Shown here one piece after another: positions 17,300 through 27,300 of a stretch of 37,008 nucleotides of DNA. A program made the translations under genes and the position numbers. Below the pieces are notes generated by a model that searched no databases, had not been told where the DNA came from, and worked only from the letters and a program-made list of their open reading frames with translations. How positions within the stretch are numbered: position 1 is the stretch's first letter; each line of letters opens with the position of its first letter. The DNA is from Chlorobiota bacterium (GTDB lineage: Bacteria; Bacteroidota; Bacteroidia; Flavobacteriales; Flavobacteriaceae). The stretch is from positions 1 through 37,008 of the forward strand of contig JAADHG010000096.1 in the NCBI GenBank assembly GCA_013151975.1, written 5' to 3'.

Positions 17300-19090
17300 A
17301 TGTCAGCACACGCAGATACTCTCGATCACGACGATCACGGACATCATCATAAAGAAACTTTTGTAACTAAATATATATTTAGTCAAGATCATAAGATGAT
17401 TGCAAAGCAGTACCTAATTACAGGTACAATTATGGGAGTTATTGGCGTAATTATGTCACTAATGATTCGTATGCAAATTGCATGGCCCGAAGAGCCTAAT
17501 GTGATTTTTGAAGCACTATTAGGTAAATGGGCACCAGGAGGTGTTATGGATGCTGATATTTATTTGGCGTTGGTAACTATTCACGGGACAATCATGGTCT
17601 TTTTTGTGCTTACCGCAGGATTAAGTGGGACATTTAGTAACCTTTTAATTCCTTTGCAAATTGGGGCTAGAGATATGGCTTCTGGGTTCTTAAATATGTT
17701 ATCGTATTGGATGTTCTTTTTATCCAGTGTTATAATGATTCTTTCATTATTTGTTGAAGCTGGACCAGCGGCTGCAGGATGGACTATTTACCCACCGTTA
17801 AGTGCATTACCAATGGCACAAGGAGGTTCTGGAATGGGGATGACTTTATGGTTAGTATCTATGGCAATATTTATTGCGTCATCATTATTAGGTTCGCTTA
17901 ATTATATTGTAACCGTAATAAACCTTAGAACTAAGGGGATGTCAATGACCCGCTTACCTTTAACTATATGGGCGTTTTTAGTAACTGCTATTATTGGCGT
18001 TGTGTCTTTCCCAGTATTATTATCAGCGGCTCTATTATTAATAATGGATAGAACTTTTGGAACATCATTTTTCTTGTCAGATATATTTATACAAGGAGAA
18101 GTACTCCATTATCAAGGAGGATCTCCGGTACTATTTGAACACTTATTTTGGTTCCTTGGACATCCGGAAGTATATATAGTTATTCTGCCTGCAATGGGGA
18201 TTGTTTCAGAAATTATTGCCACCAATTCACGTAAACCAATCTTTGGATATCGTGCCATGGTAGCTGCAATTTTAGCTATAGCATTTTTGTCAACTATAGT
18301 TTGGGGACATCATATGTTTGTTTCAGGAATGAATCCGTTTTTAGGCTCTGTATTCACATTTACAACCCTATTAATTGCAATACCATCAGCTATTAAAGCA
18401 TTTAACTGGATTACTACTATATGGAAAGGAAACCTTCAATTAAATCCAGCGATGTTATTTTCTATTGGCTTAGTTTCAACCTTTATTACTGGAGGATTAA
18501 CAGGAATTATTCTTGGAGATAGCGCTTTAGATATTAATGTTCACGATACTTATTTTGTTATTGCACACTTCCATTTGGTAATGGGTATTTCAGCATTGTA
18601 TGGAATGTTTGCAGGGATTTATCATTGGTTCCCTAAAATGTTTAAGCGCATGCTTAATAAAAATTTAGGGTATATTCATTTTTGGATTACAGCCATTTGT
18701 GCCTACGGCGTATTTTTCCCAATGCATTTTATAGGTATGGCAGGATTACCAAGACGTTATTACACAAATAGTAATTTCCCATTATTCGATGATTTACAAA
18801 ACGTAAATGTTGTCATTACAATATTTGCTATCATTGGAGGAATTGCTCAGTTGGTATTTTTATGGAACTTTTTCTACAGTATTTTTTATGGAAAGAAAAC
18901 AGTTCAAAATCCTTGGAGATCTAATACATTAGAGTGGACAGCACCAATAAAACATATCCATGGTAATTGGGAAGGCGAAATTCCGCATGTACACCGTTGG
19001 GCTTACGATTATAGTAAACCAGGACATGACGAAGATTTTGTGCCTCAAAATATACCTTTAAAAGAAGGCGAGGAAGAACTTCAGCACTAA
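17300..19090 (+). CDS. coxA: Cytochrome c oxidase subunit I (A-family haem-copper oxidase)
   Basis: 596 aa. Motifs: WFLGHPEVYIVILP (CuB His plus cross-link Tyr), WGHHMF (CuB His pair), HDTYFVIAHFH (haem ligands). Confidence 0.95.
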   Translation: MSAHADTLDHDDHGHHHKETFVTKYIFSQDHKMIAKQYLITGTIMGVIGVIMSLMIRMQIAWPEEPNVIFEALLGKWAPGGVMDADIYLALVTIHGTIMVFFVLTAGLSGTFSNLLIPLQIGARDMASGFLNMLSYWMFFLSSVIMILSLFVEAGPAAAGWTIYPPLSALPMAQGGSGMGMTLWLVSMAIFIASSLLGSLNYIVTVINLRTKGMSMTRLPLTIWAFLVTAIIGVVSFPVLLSAALLLIMDRTFGTSFFLSDIFIQGEVLHYQGGSPVLFEHLFWFLGHPEVYIVILPAMGIVSEIIATNSRKPIFGYRAMVAAILAIAFLSTIVWGHHMFVSGMNPFLGSVFTFTTLLIAIPSAIKAFNWITTIWKGNLQLNPAMLFSIGLVSTFITGGLTGIILGDSALDINVHDTYFVIAHFHLVMGISALYGMFAGIYHWFPKMFKRMLNKNLGYIHFWITAICAYGVFFPMHFIGMAGLPRRYYTNSNFPLFDDLQNVNVVITIFAIIGGIAQLVFLWNFFYSIFYGKKTVQNPWRSNTLEWTAPIKHIHGNWEGEIPHVHRWAYDYSKPGHDEDFVPQNIPLKEGEEELQH

Positions 19091-19093
19091 CAA

Positions 19094-19113
19094 ATTCCTG
19101 CGAAGGCAGGAAT
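19094..19113. repeat. Short perfect hairpin element ATTCCTGC-GAAG-GCAGGAAT just after the coxA stop
   Basis: 8-bp stem with a 4-nt loop and no T-tract. It is related in sequence, in the opposite orientation, to the hairpin at 19312..19329. Confidence 0.6.
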
Positions 19114-19130
19114 CTTATAATCGATATAAA

Positions 19131-19162
19131 AAAGCCTTTCTTTAAAACAGAAAGGCTTTTTG
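19131..19162 (+). terminator. Rho-independent terminator of the ACIII/oxidase operon
   Basis: AAAGCCTTTC (19131..19140), loop TTTAAAACA, GAAAGGCTTT (19150..19159), followed by TTTTTG. Confidence 0.75.
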
Positions 19163-19311
19163 TTTATATTTGAGGAAGCGTTTTTTTATTTTTCAGCGAG
19201 ACACATTAAGCAACGTTTATTGAGTTTAATAAAGCATGTTGCAATGAAGACTGAAATCTTAGAATAATGAATAAGGCTTAATTAAAAGTAGAAGAATTAA
19301 TTAAAGAGAGA

Positions 19312-19329
19312 TTCCCACTTTCGTGGGAA
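19312..19329. repeat. Short hairpin element TTCCCAC-TTTC-GTGGGAA, ending 6 nt upstream of the ruvB ATG
   Basis: 7-bp stem with a 4-nt loop. With flanks, the reverse complement AATTTCCCACGAAAGTGGGAATCT resembles AATTCCTGCGAAGGCAGGAATCT at 19092..19115. Confidence 0.55.
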
Positions 19330-19335
19330 ATTAAT

Positions 19336-20358
19336 ATGAACGAAAATCTTAATCCATCAAGTGATGATTTTTCTCCAGAAGAGCACGATATAGAAAGAGC
19401 CTTAAGACCACTCTCTTTTGAAGATTTTGCTGGTCAAGATCAGATTTTAGAAAACTTAAGAGTATTCGTTAAGGCATCTAATATGCGAGGAGATGCCTTA
19501 GACCATACCCTATTTCACGGGCCACCTGGATTAGGAAAAACCACTTTAGCCCATATTTTAGCTAATGAGTTAGGCGTTGGTGTTAAGGTAACTTCAGGTC
19601 CAGTTATAGATAAGCCAGGAGATTTGGCCGGATTACTTACTAATCTTGAAGAAAGAGACGTCTTATTTATTGACGAGATTCATCGTTTAAGCCCTATTGT
19701 TGAAGAGTATTTATATTCTGCGATGGAGGATTACAAAATCGATATTATGATTGAGTCTGGGCCAAACGCAAGAACGGTTCAAATTAACCTAAATCCATTC
19801 ACATTAATTGGTGCAACAACACGCTCAGGATTGCTTACTGCACCTATGCGGGCACGTTTTGGGATTAGTAGTAGGCTTCAATATTACAAAACAGAATTAC
19901 TAACATCTATAGTGCAGCGTAGCGCAAGTATATTAGATGTTTCTATTTCAATGGAAGCTGCTATAGAAATTGCAGGACGAAGCCGAGGAACACCGAGAAT
20001 TGCAAATGCATTGTTACGTCGGGTTCGTGATTTTGCACAAATTAAAGGAAATGGTAAGATTGACATTAAAATTTCTAAGTACAGCTTAAAAGCACTTAAT
20101 GTTGATGCGCATGGTTTGGATGAAATGGATAATAAGATTTTAACCACGATTATAGATAAATTTAAAGGAGGACCAGTAGGGATAACAACCTTAGCAACAG
20201 CAGTGAGTGAAAACACAGAAACCATTGAAGAAGTATATGAGCCTTTTTTAATTCAACAAGGATTTATAATGCGAACACCACGAGGTAGAGAAGTTACAGA
20301 ATTAGCATATAAACACCTTGGAAGAATTAAAGGCGCAACTCAAGGAGGCTTGTTTTAG
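19336..20358 (+). CDS. ruvB: Holliday junction branch migration ATPase RuvB
   Basis: 340 aa. Walker [10 protein letters not shown], Walker [10 protein letters not shown], and [18 protein letters not shown]. Confidence 0.95.
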   Translation: MNENLNPSSDDFSPEEHDIERALRPLSFEDFAGQDQILENLRVFVKASNMRGDALDHTLFHGPPGLGKTTLAHILANELGVGVKVTSGPVIDKPGDLAGLLTNLEERDVLFIDEIHRLSPIVEEYLYSAMEDYKIDIMIESGPNARTVQINLNPFTLIGATTRSGLLTAPMRARFGISSRLQYYKTELLTSIVQRSASILDVSISMEAAIEIAGRSRGTPRIANALLRRVRDFAQIKGNGKIDIKISKYSLKALNVDAHGLDEMDNKILTTIIDKFKGGPVGITTLATAVSENTETIEEVYEPFLIQQGFIMRTPRGREVTELAYKHLGRIKGATQGGLF

Positions 20359-20382
20359 CCCAGTATTACTTCTATTGTCAGG

Positions 20383-20398
20383 CTGAGCGCAGTCGAAG
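20383..20398. repeat. Third copy of the CTGAGCGNAGTCGAAG motif (ruvB-queG spacer)
   Basis: CTGAGCGCAGTCGAAG. It differs by one base from the copy at 2305..2320. Confidence 0.6.
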
Positions 20399-20409
20399 CC
20401 CTTTTGTAA

Positions 20410-21333
20410 ATGAATTTAAAACTAAAACACACTAAACGCATCAAAACCGAAGCCAAACGCCACGGTTTTTTGTCTTGTGGTATTAGTAAAGCAACCTTTT
20501 TAGAGGAAGAAGCACCGCGTTTAGAAAATTGGTTAAACCAAAATATGCATGGCGAAATGCAGTATATGGAAAACCATTTTGACAAACGTTTAGACCCAAC
20601 CAAATTGGTTGAAGGATCTAAAAGTGTCATCTCGTTACTGCTTAATTACTATCCAGAAAATCAACAAACTCAAAACAGCTATAAGCTATCTAAATATGCC
20701 TATGGAACCGATTATCATTTTGTAATTAAAGATAAACTTAAAAGCCTTCTAAGTTTTATTCAAGAAGAGATTGGTGAAGTTTATGGACGTGCTTTTGTAG
20801 ATTCGGCACCAGTTCTTGATAAAGCATGGGCCGCAAAATCCGGATTGGGTTGGATCGGAAAGCACTCTAATCTATTAACAGAACAAGTAGGTTCCTTTTA
20901 TTTTATTGCTGAATTAATTATTGACTTAGATTTAGAATATGATACACCAACAACAGACCATTGTGGGTCATGTACCGCGTGCATTGATGCTTGTCCAACG
21001 CAGGCTATTGTAGAGCCTTATGTGGTGGATGGGAGTAAATGTATTTCATATTTTACCATCGAGCTCAAAGAACAAATCCCAAACACAGTAAAAGGACAGT
21101 TTGACAATTGGATGTTTGGTTGTGATATTTGTCAGGATGTGTGTCCTTGGAATCGATTTTCAAAATCGCATAACGAACCTCTTTTTAATCCACACCCAGA
21201 ACTGCTGTCTATGACCAAAAAAGATTGGGAAGAGATTACACAAGATACTTTTAATAAAGTATTTAAAAACTCAGCAGTAAAGCGTACTAAGTTTTCTGGA
21301 CTATCTAGAAACATCAAATTCTTAAAAGAATAG
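20410..21333 (+). CDS. queG: Epoxyqueuosine reductase QueG
   Basis: 307 aa. N-terminus [18 protein letters not shown]. Fe-S motifs [12 protein letters not shown] and [11 protein letters not shown]. Confidence 0.88.
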   Translation: MNLKLKHTKRIKTEAKRHGFLSCGISKATFLEEEAPRLENWLNQNMHGEMQYMENHFDKRLDPTKLVEGSKSVISLLLNYYPENQQTQNSYKLSKYAYGTDYHFVIKDKLKSLLSFIQEEIGEVYGRAFVDSAPVLDKAWAAKSGLGWIGKHSNLLTEQVGSFYFIAELIIDLDLEYDTPTTDHCGSCTACIDACPTQAIVEPYVVDGSKCISYFTIELKEQIPNTVKGQFDNWMFGCDICQDVCPWNRFSKSHNEPLFNPHPELLSMTKKDWEEITQDTFNKVFKNSAVKRTKFSGLSRNIKFLKE

Positions 21334-21452
21334 TATTATTTGTGTGACTATTAAGCACAACATCGTACCTTTGTTGGTTGGGAATTTGTTCCTTAATAAA
21401 TCCTTAGAAAATTATTCTTCTGGTAAAAGCCAGAATCTAATTAGATAATATC

Positions 21453-23729
21453 ATGAGTAAGCAAAATAAACGTAGTGAAGCGTTATTATATCACTCACAA
21501 CCAACTCCCGGAAAAATTAAAGTAGTTCCTACAAAGAAATATGCAACCCAAAGAGATTTATCATTGGCCTATTCTCCTGGTGTGGCAGAACCGTGCTTAG
21601 AAATAGAAAAAGATAAAAGGAACTCATATAAGTATACTGCTAAAGGAAATTTGGTAGCGGTAATTTCAAATGGTACAGCAGTATTAGGCTTAGGAAATAT
21701 TGGTCCTGAGGCATCAAAACCTGTGATGGAAGGGAAAGGACTGTTATTTAAAATATTTGCTGATATTGATGTCTTTGATATTGAAATAGACACTGAAAAT
21801 GTAGAAGAGTTTATCCAAACGGTAAAGCATATATCACCAACCTTTGGAGGTATAAATCTTGAAGATATAAAAGCTCCTGAAGCTTTTGAAATTGAAAGAC
21901 GATTAAAAGAAGAGCTCAATATTCCTGTGATGCATGATGATCAGCATGGGACTGCTATTATAACAGCCGCCGCCTTGTTAAACGCTATAGAAATTGCAAA
22001 AAAGAAAATTGAAAAGGTAAAAATTGTAATTAGTGGAGCAGGTGCAGCAGCAATTTCGTGTACGCGATTATACCAATCTTTTGGAGCGAAGCTAAAAAAC
22101 ATTGTAATGCTTGATAGTAAAGGTGTTATTAGAAAAGACAGAGGCAATTTAACCACCCAAAAGGCAGAATTTGCAACCTCTAGAAATATAGATACTCTAG
22201 AGCAGGCAATGAAAGGAGCCGATGTGTTTATAGGCTTATCAAAAGCGGATATTGTTACACCTAATATGATAAAAGTGATGGCTAAAAATCCAATAGTTTT
22301 CGCCTTGGCAAATCCAAATCCAGAGATTGCTTATCAGTTAGCCATAGATACACGAGATGATATCATTATGGCTACAGGACGAAGTGACCATCCTAATCAA
22401 GTAAATAATGTACTAGGATTCCCATTTATTTTTAGAGGCGCACTAGATGTTCGAGCTACTGCAATTAACGAAGCCATGAAAAGGGCTGCAGTTATTGCAC
22501 TTGCAAATTTGGCTAAAGAACCAGTGCCTGAACAAGTAAATATTGCCTATAATAAAACCAGATTAACGTTTGGAAAAGATTACATAATACCGAAACCTTT
22601 TGACCCAAGATTAATTGGCGTAGTGCCTATAGCAGTAGCTAAAGCGGCTATGGAAAGTGGTGTTGCAACTGAACCCATTAAGGATTGGTCAAAATATGAA
22701 GAATCGCTTTTAGAACGCTTAGGAAGCGATAATAAATTAGTGCGATTATTACACAATCGTGCGAAATTAGACCCAAAACGTGTTGTGTTTGCTGAAGCAG
22801 ATCATTTAGTAGTCTTAAAGGCAGCCCAAATTGTTTATGATGAAGGAATTGCACAACCTATTTTATTAGGCAGACGAGATGTTATAGAGCGCCTAAAAAA
22901 GGAAATTGAGTTTGATGCAGAAGTGCCAATAATTGACCCAAAATCTGACGAAGTAGAGCATCTTAAAGACGCATATGCAAAAGTATATTGGGAACGACGT
23001 AAACGACGAGGAATTACGTTGCATACTGCAAAAAAATTGATGCGAGAACGCAATTACTATGCAGCAATGATGGTGAATGAAGGTGATGCAGATGCACTTA
23101 TTTCAGGATATTCTAGAAACTATCCTAGTGTTGTAAAACCAATATTAGAATTAATAGGCCTTGATAAAGGTGCCACTAGAATTGCGACAACCAATTTAAT
23201 GATGACACAACGTGGACCTCTATTTTTAAGCGATACATCAATAAATATCGACCCAAGTTCAAAAGATCTTGCAAAAATTGCTCAAATGACAGCTACAACC
23301 GTAAAAATGTTTGGATTGGAACCCGTAATGGCGATGATATCATATTCAAATTTTGGATCTTCAGATAACGAAAAAGCATCTAAAGTAAGAGAAGCAGTGT
23401 CGTATTTGCATCGTTTTTACCCAAGTTTAATCGTAGATGGAGAGTTTCAAACAGATTTTGCACTTAATAATGAAATGCGTCAAGATATCTTTCCGTTTTC
23501 AAAACTAGCAGGAAGAAAAGTGAATACACTTATTTTTCCAAATCTAGATTCGGCTAATATTACCTATAAACTTTTAAAAGAGCTTAATAAAGCCGATAAT
23601 ATTGGACCAATCATGATGGGATTAAGAAAACCTGCACATATATTACAATTGGATGCTAGTGTAGATGAAATTGTAAATATGACCGCAATTGCGGTAATTG
23701 ATGCTCAAAAAAAGCAAAAAAGAGAATAA
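21453..23729 (+). CDS. maeB: NADP-dependent malic enzyme (malic enzyme domain fused to a phosphate-acetyltransferase-like C-terminal domain)
   Basis: 758 aa. LAYSPGVAEPC, FGGINLEDIKAPE and VISGAGAAA (NAD(P) fold), plus a long PTA-like C-terminal half. Confidence 0.9.
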   Translation: MSKQNKRSEALLYHSQPTPGKIKVVPTKKYATQRDLSLAYSPGVAEPCLEIEKDKRNSYKYTAKGNLVAVISNGTAVLGLGNIGPEASKPVMEGKGLLFKIFADIDVFDIEIDTENVEEFIQTVKHISPTFGGINLEDIKAPEAFEIERRLKEELNIPVMHDDQHGTAIITAAALLNAIEIAKKKIEKVKIVISGAGAAAISCTRLYQSFGAKLKNIVMLDSKGVIRKDRGNLTTQKAEFATSRNIDTLEQAMKGADVFIGLSKADIVTPNMIKVMAKNPIVFALANPNPEIAYQLAIDTRDDIIMATGRSDHPNQVNNVLGFPFIFRGALDVRATAINEAMKRAAVIALANLAKEPVPEQVNIAYNKTRLTFGKDYIIPKPFDPRLIGVVPIAVAKAAMESGVATEPIKDWSKYEESLLERLGSDNKLVRLLHNRAKLDPKRVVFAEADHLVVLKAAQIVYDEGIAQPILLGRRDVIERLKKEIEFDAEVPIIDPKSDEVEHLKDAYAKVYWERRKRRGITLHTAKKLMRERNYYAAMMVNEGDADALISGYSRNYPSVVKPILELIGLDKGATRIATTNLMMTQRGPLFLSDTSINIDPSSKDLAKIAQMTATTVKMFGLEPVMAMISYSNFGSSDNEKASKVREAVSYLHRFYPSLIVDGEFQTDFALNNEMRQDIFPFSKLAGRKVNTLIFPNLDSANITYKLLKELNKADNIGPIMMGLRKPAHILQLDASVDEIVNMTAIAVIDAQKKQKRE

Positions 23730-23781
23730 AAGTATAGGTTTTACAGTTGTATTATCTCGTTATATTGTATAATAATTTTAT

Positions 23782-23789
23782 TACATTTG
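23782..23789 (+). promoter_or_regulatory. Possible -7 box for the ruvA-sprA(-gcvH-vanZ-like) transcription unit
   Basis: TACATTTG fits TAnnTTTG and ends 22 nt upstream of the ruvA ATG. No convincing -33 element was found. Confidence 0.35.
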
Positions 23790-23811
23790 GGACGTTAACA
23801 AAATTTAATTA

Positions 23812-24393
23812 ATGATTACCCATATTCAAGGAAGACTTATAGAGAAGAAACCTACTGATGTTGTGATAGACTGTAATGGTGTTGGTTATATATTAAATAT
23901 TTCTTTGCATACATACTCGCAAATACCAGATCAAGAAAACTTAAAACTTTTTACACATCTACAGGTTAAGGAAGACTCGCACACATTATTTGGATTTTCT
24001 TCATTAAGCGAACGAGAAATATTTCGTTTGCTTATTTCGGTAAGTGGTATTGGGACTAGTATTGCGCGTACAATGCTATCATCATTAACACCTAAACAAG
24101 TGCGAGAAGGGATTGCTGTAGGAGATGTGGCATTAATTCAATCGGTTAAAGGGATTGGATTAAAAACGGCGCAGCGTGTTATTATTGAGCTGAAAGATAA
24201 AGTTTTAAAAATTTATGATATTGACGATGGAATAGCACCAAACAACAATACTAACTCAGATGAAGCGTTATCTGCTTTAGAAGTTCTTGGCTTTTCTAAG
24301 AAACAATCAGAACGTGTTGTAAATAAAATTATTTCTAATAACCAAGAAGCAAGTGTAGAAGTTATAATAAAAGAAGCCTTAAAAAATTTATAA
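23812..24393 (+). CDS. ruvA: Holliday junction DNA helicase subunit RuvA
   Basis: 193 aa. MITHIQGRLIEKKPTDVVIDCNGVGY, and helix-hairpin-helix segments (VSGIGTSIA, VKGIGLKTAQRV). Confidence 0.92.
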   Translation: MITHIQGRLIEKKPTDVVIDCNGVGYILNISLHTYSQIPDQENLKLFTHLQVKEDSHTLFGFSSLSEREIFRLLISVSGIGTSIARTMLSSLTPKQVREGIAVGDVALIQSVKGIGLKTAQRVIIELKDKVLKIYDIDDGIAPNNNTNSDEALSALEVLGFSKKQSERVVNKIISNNQEASVEVIIKEALKNL

Positions 24394-24398
24394 TTGAT

Positions 24399-27300
24399 TT
24401 GAAAACTACCAACATTAATTTTTACAAATCTACCAAAACATACATGCTTACAGGCATTATGTTGCTGTTCTATATTGTTACCTATGCACAACAGCCAACA
24501 GTTAGAGATTCTACAAGCACCACATTTTCTTTTCGTAATTTAAATATGCCAAATCCGAATAGTATTGTGTCTAAATATACTTACGACCCAATTACTGATA
24601 GATATATTTATACGGAGAGTGTTGGTAAATTCAATATAAATTATCCTATAATTTTATCTCCTAAAGAATTTCAAAGGTTAGTAGAACTAGAAAATTTAAA
24701 GAACTATTACAAGCAAAAAATTGATGCTTATGATGGAAAAAAGAACGGAGCCGATGCGCTGCAAAAAAATCTTATTCCAGATTTATATGTAGATTCCGAT
24801 TTTTTTGAAACGATTTTTGGAGGAAATACTATTGAAGTAATACCACAAGGATCAGTGGAAATGGATATGGGAATATTGTTTACAAAACAAGATAACCCTT
24901 CATTTTCTCCCAGAAGAAGAAGTAGTTTTAATTTTGATTTTAACCAACGTATTAACTTAAGCCTTTTAGGAAAAGTTGGAACAAGACTCCAAGTTACTGC
25001 CAATTACGACACACAATCTACTTTCGATTTTCAAAATTTAGTAAAACTAGAATATACACCAACTGAAGATGATATTATTCAAAAAATTGAAGTTGGTAAT
25101 GTAAGTATGCCTTTAAACAGCTCGTTAATTACGGGAGCCCAGAGTTTATTTGGAGTGAAAACAAAATTGCAGTTTGGTAAAACTACTATTACAGGAATAT
25201 TTTCTGAACAGCAATCGCAAACACGAACAGTAGTAGCCCAAGGCGGAGGTACTCTAGAAGAGTTTGAGTTTTTTGGTCTAGATTATGACGAAAACAGACA
25301 CTTTTTCTTAGCACAATACTTTAGAGACACCTATGATGAAGCTCTAAAAACATATCCTTATATAAACAATCAAGGGTTACAAATTACGAGGATAGAAGTG
25401 TGGGTAACCAATCGTTCTAATCAAACCAATGATGTGAGAAACGTTGTAGCACTTCAGGATTTAGGAGAGTCTAGTGTTTTAGGGTCGCCAGTAAATGTAA
25501 CGGCAGGACCAAACGCCTTTCCAAGCAATGGGAATAATGCATATGATCCAACGAATATTGGTGGTCCGGGATCTCAAATTACCGATGCTATTAGAGATAT
25601 AGCCACAGTACAAGCAGGGATTTTAGTGCCAGGTGTTAATGAAGGATTTGACTATGGAAAGTTAGAGAACGCAAAAAAACTTACACAAGGCAATGAGTAC
25701 ATATTGAATACCCAATTAGGATATATTTCTTTAAATCAACGCTTACAAAACGATGAAATACTGGCTGTAGCGTTTCAATTTACAGTTGGAGACCAAGTAT
25801 TTCAGGTTGGTGAATTTGCAAATGATGGGATAGATGCTACTGGCGTTTCAATAGATGGAGGTACAGGAAACACCATTATTAATAATAATAGTTTGGTGCT
25901 TAAAATGTTAAAGAGTACGGTTACCAATGTACAAGAACCTATTTGGGACTTGATGATGAAGAATATTTACAACACAGGCTCTTTTCAATTAGATAAAGAA
26001 GATTTTAAATTAAATATTTTTTATACTGAAACATCTCCTTTAAACTATATAACTCCAGTTGGTGGCACACCTTTCCCTACACCTGGTCCAAACGAAGATG
26101 CTTTAGAAGAGACCCCATTATTAAGAGTGTTTAATTTGGATAAATTAAATTTTAATAATGATCCACAATTTAATGGTGATGGTTTTTTTGATTTTGTTCC
26201 GGGAATTACAGTCATCCAACAAAACGGAAAAATAATTTTCACTAATGTAGAACCTTTTGGTAAGTACTTATTTGATGTTTTATCTAATGGAGGAGAGGAT
26301 TATGATAATATAACATCCTATAATCCAAATCAGGCAAAATATGTTTACGACAAATTATATAAGTCAACAAAAACAGGTGCTTTAGAGGATGGCGAAAAAA
26401 ATAAGTTTCAAATTAAAGGGCGTTATAAGTCTGGAGGAGGAACAGGAATTCCAATAGGAGCATTTAATGTGCCACGAGGATCTGTTAAAGTTACCGCAGG
26501 AGGAAGAGTATTAGTTGAAGGCGTAGATTATACAGTAAATTATCAATTAGGAACGGTTCAAATTTTAGATCCTGCATTACAAGCCTCTAATACACCAATT
26601 CAAGTTTCGGTAGAAAACAATGCTGTATTCGGGCAACAAACCAAACGCTTTTCAGGAATTAATGTTGAGCATCAATTTAATGAAAATTTCGTACTTGGTG
26701 CTACATTTTTAAATCTCAACGAGAGACCAATTACGCAAAAAGCGACTTATAATGCTGAGCCAATAAATAACACCATATTTGGTGTCAACGGTAATTTTTC
26801 AACAGAAATACCTTTCCTAACACGATTAGCAAACAAATTACCAAATATAGACACTGATGTACCATCAAACTTATCGGTTAGAGGGGAATTTGCATATTTA
26901 CTTCCAGGAGCACCAAAAGGATCAAACTTCAATAGCGAAGCAACAACCTATGTTGATGATTTTGAAGGCACTCAGAATGCAATCGATATGCTATCGCCAA
27001 TATCATGGCATTTATCTAGTAGACCAAGAGGTTTAGGTCGTGTTTATAGTGAGGGTCCAGAAGATGATAATGGCGTACAAAATGGATATGATAGAGCACA
27101 ATTAAACTGGTACACCATTGACCCTATTTTTTATAGTAGTTTAAGACCAAGCGGGATAAGTGATGATGATATGTCTAATTTATATACACGGCGAGTTTCT
27201 ATTGAAGAAATTTTTCCTCAAATTGATATTGTTCAAGGGCAAACTACAATTATTAACCCATTAGATTTAGCCTATTACCCTTCAGAAAGGGGAGCTTATA

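Noticed and set aside
19164-19311. Possible small RNA or small ORF in the 245-nt coxA-ruvB spacer (a TATATTTG -7-like box at 19165..19172; AT-rich imperfect hairpins)
   Set aside because: I could find only AT-rich, low-stability structures and trivial ORFs such as ATG TTG CAA TGA. The -7-like box may simply be the ruvB promoter. Calling an sRNA would need expression data.
20355-20630. - strand ORF spanning the ruvB-queG spacer and the 5' end of queG
   Set aside because: It is antisense to the well-supported QueG N-terminus and runs through the intergenic repeat motif, so it is an artefact.
21414-21437. Weak hairpin TTCTGG-TAAAAG-CCAGAA upstream of maeB, possibly related to the GGAATCT hairpin family
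   Set aside because: The stem is only 6 bp and AT-rich, and the similarity to the 19.1-19.3 kb hairpins is limited to a GAATCT tail. That is too weak to call.
24213-24491. - strand ORF across the ruvA/sprA junction
   Set aside because: It is antisense to two well-supported genes and has no features.
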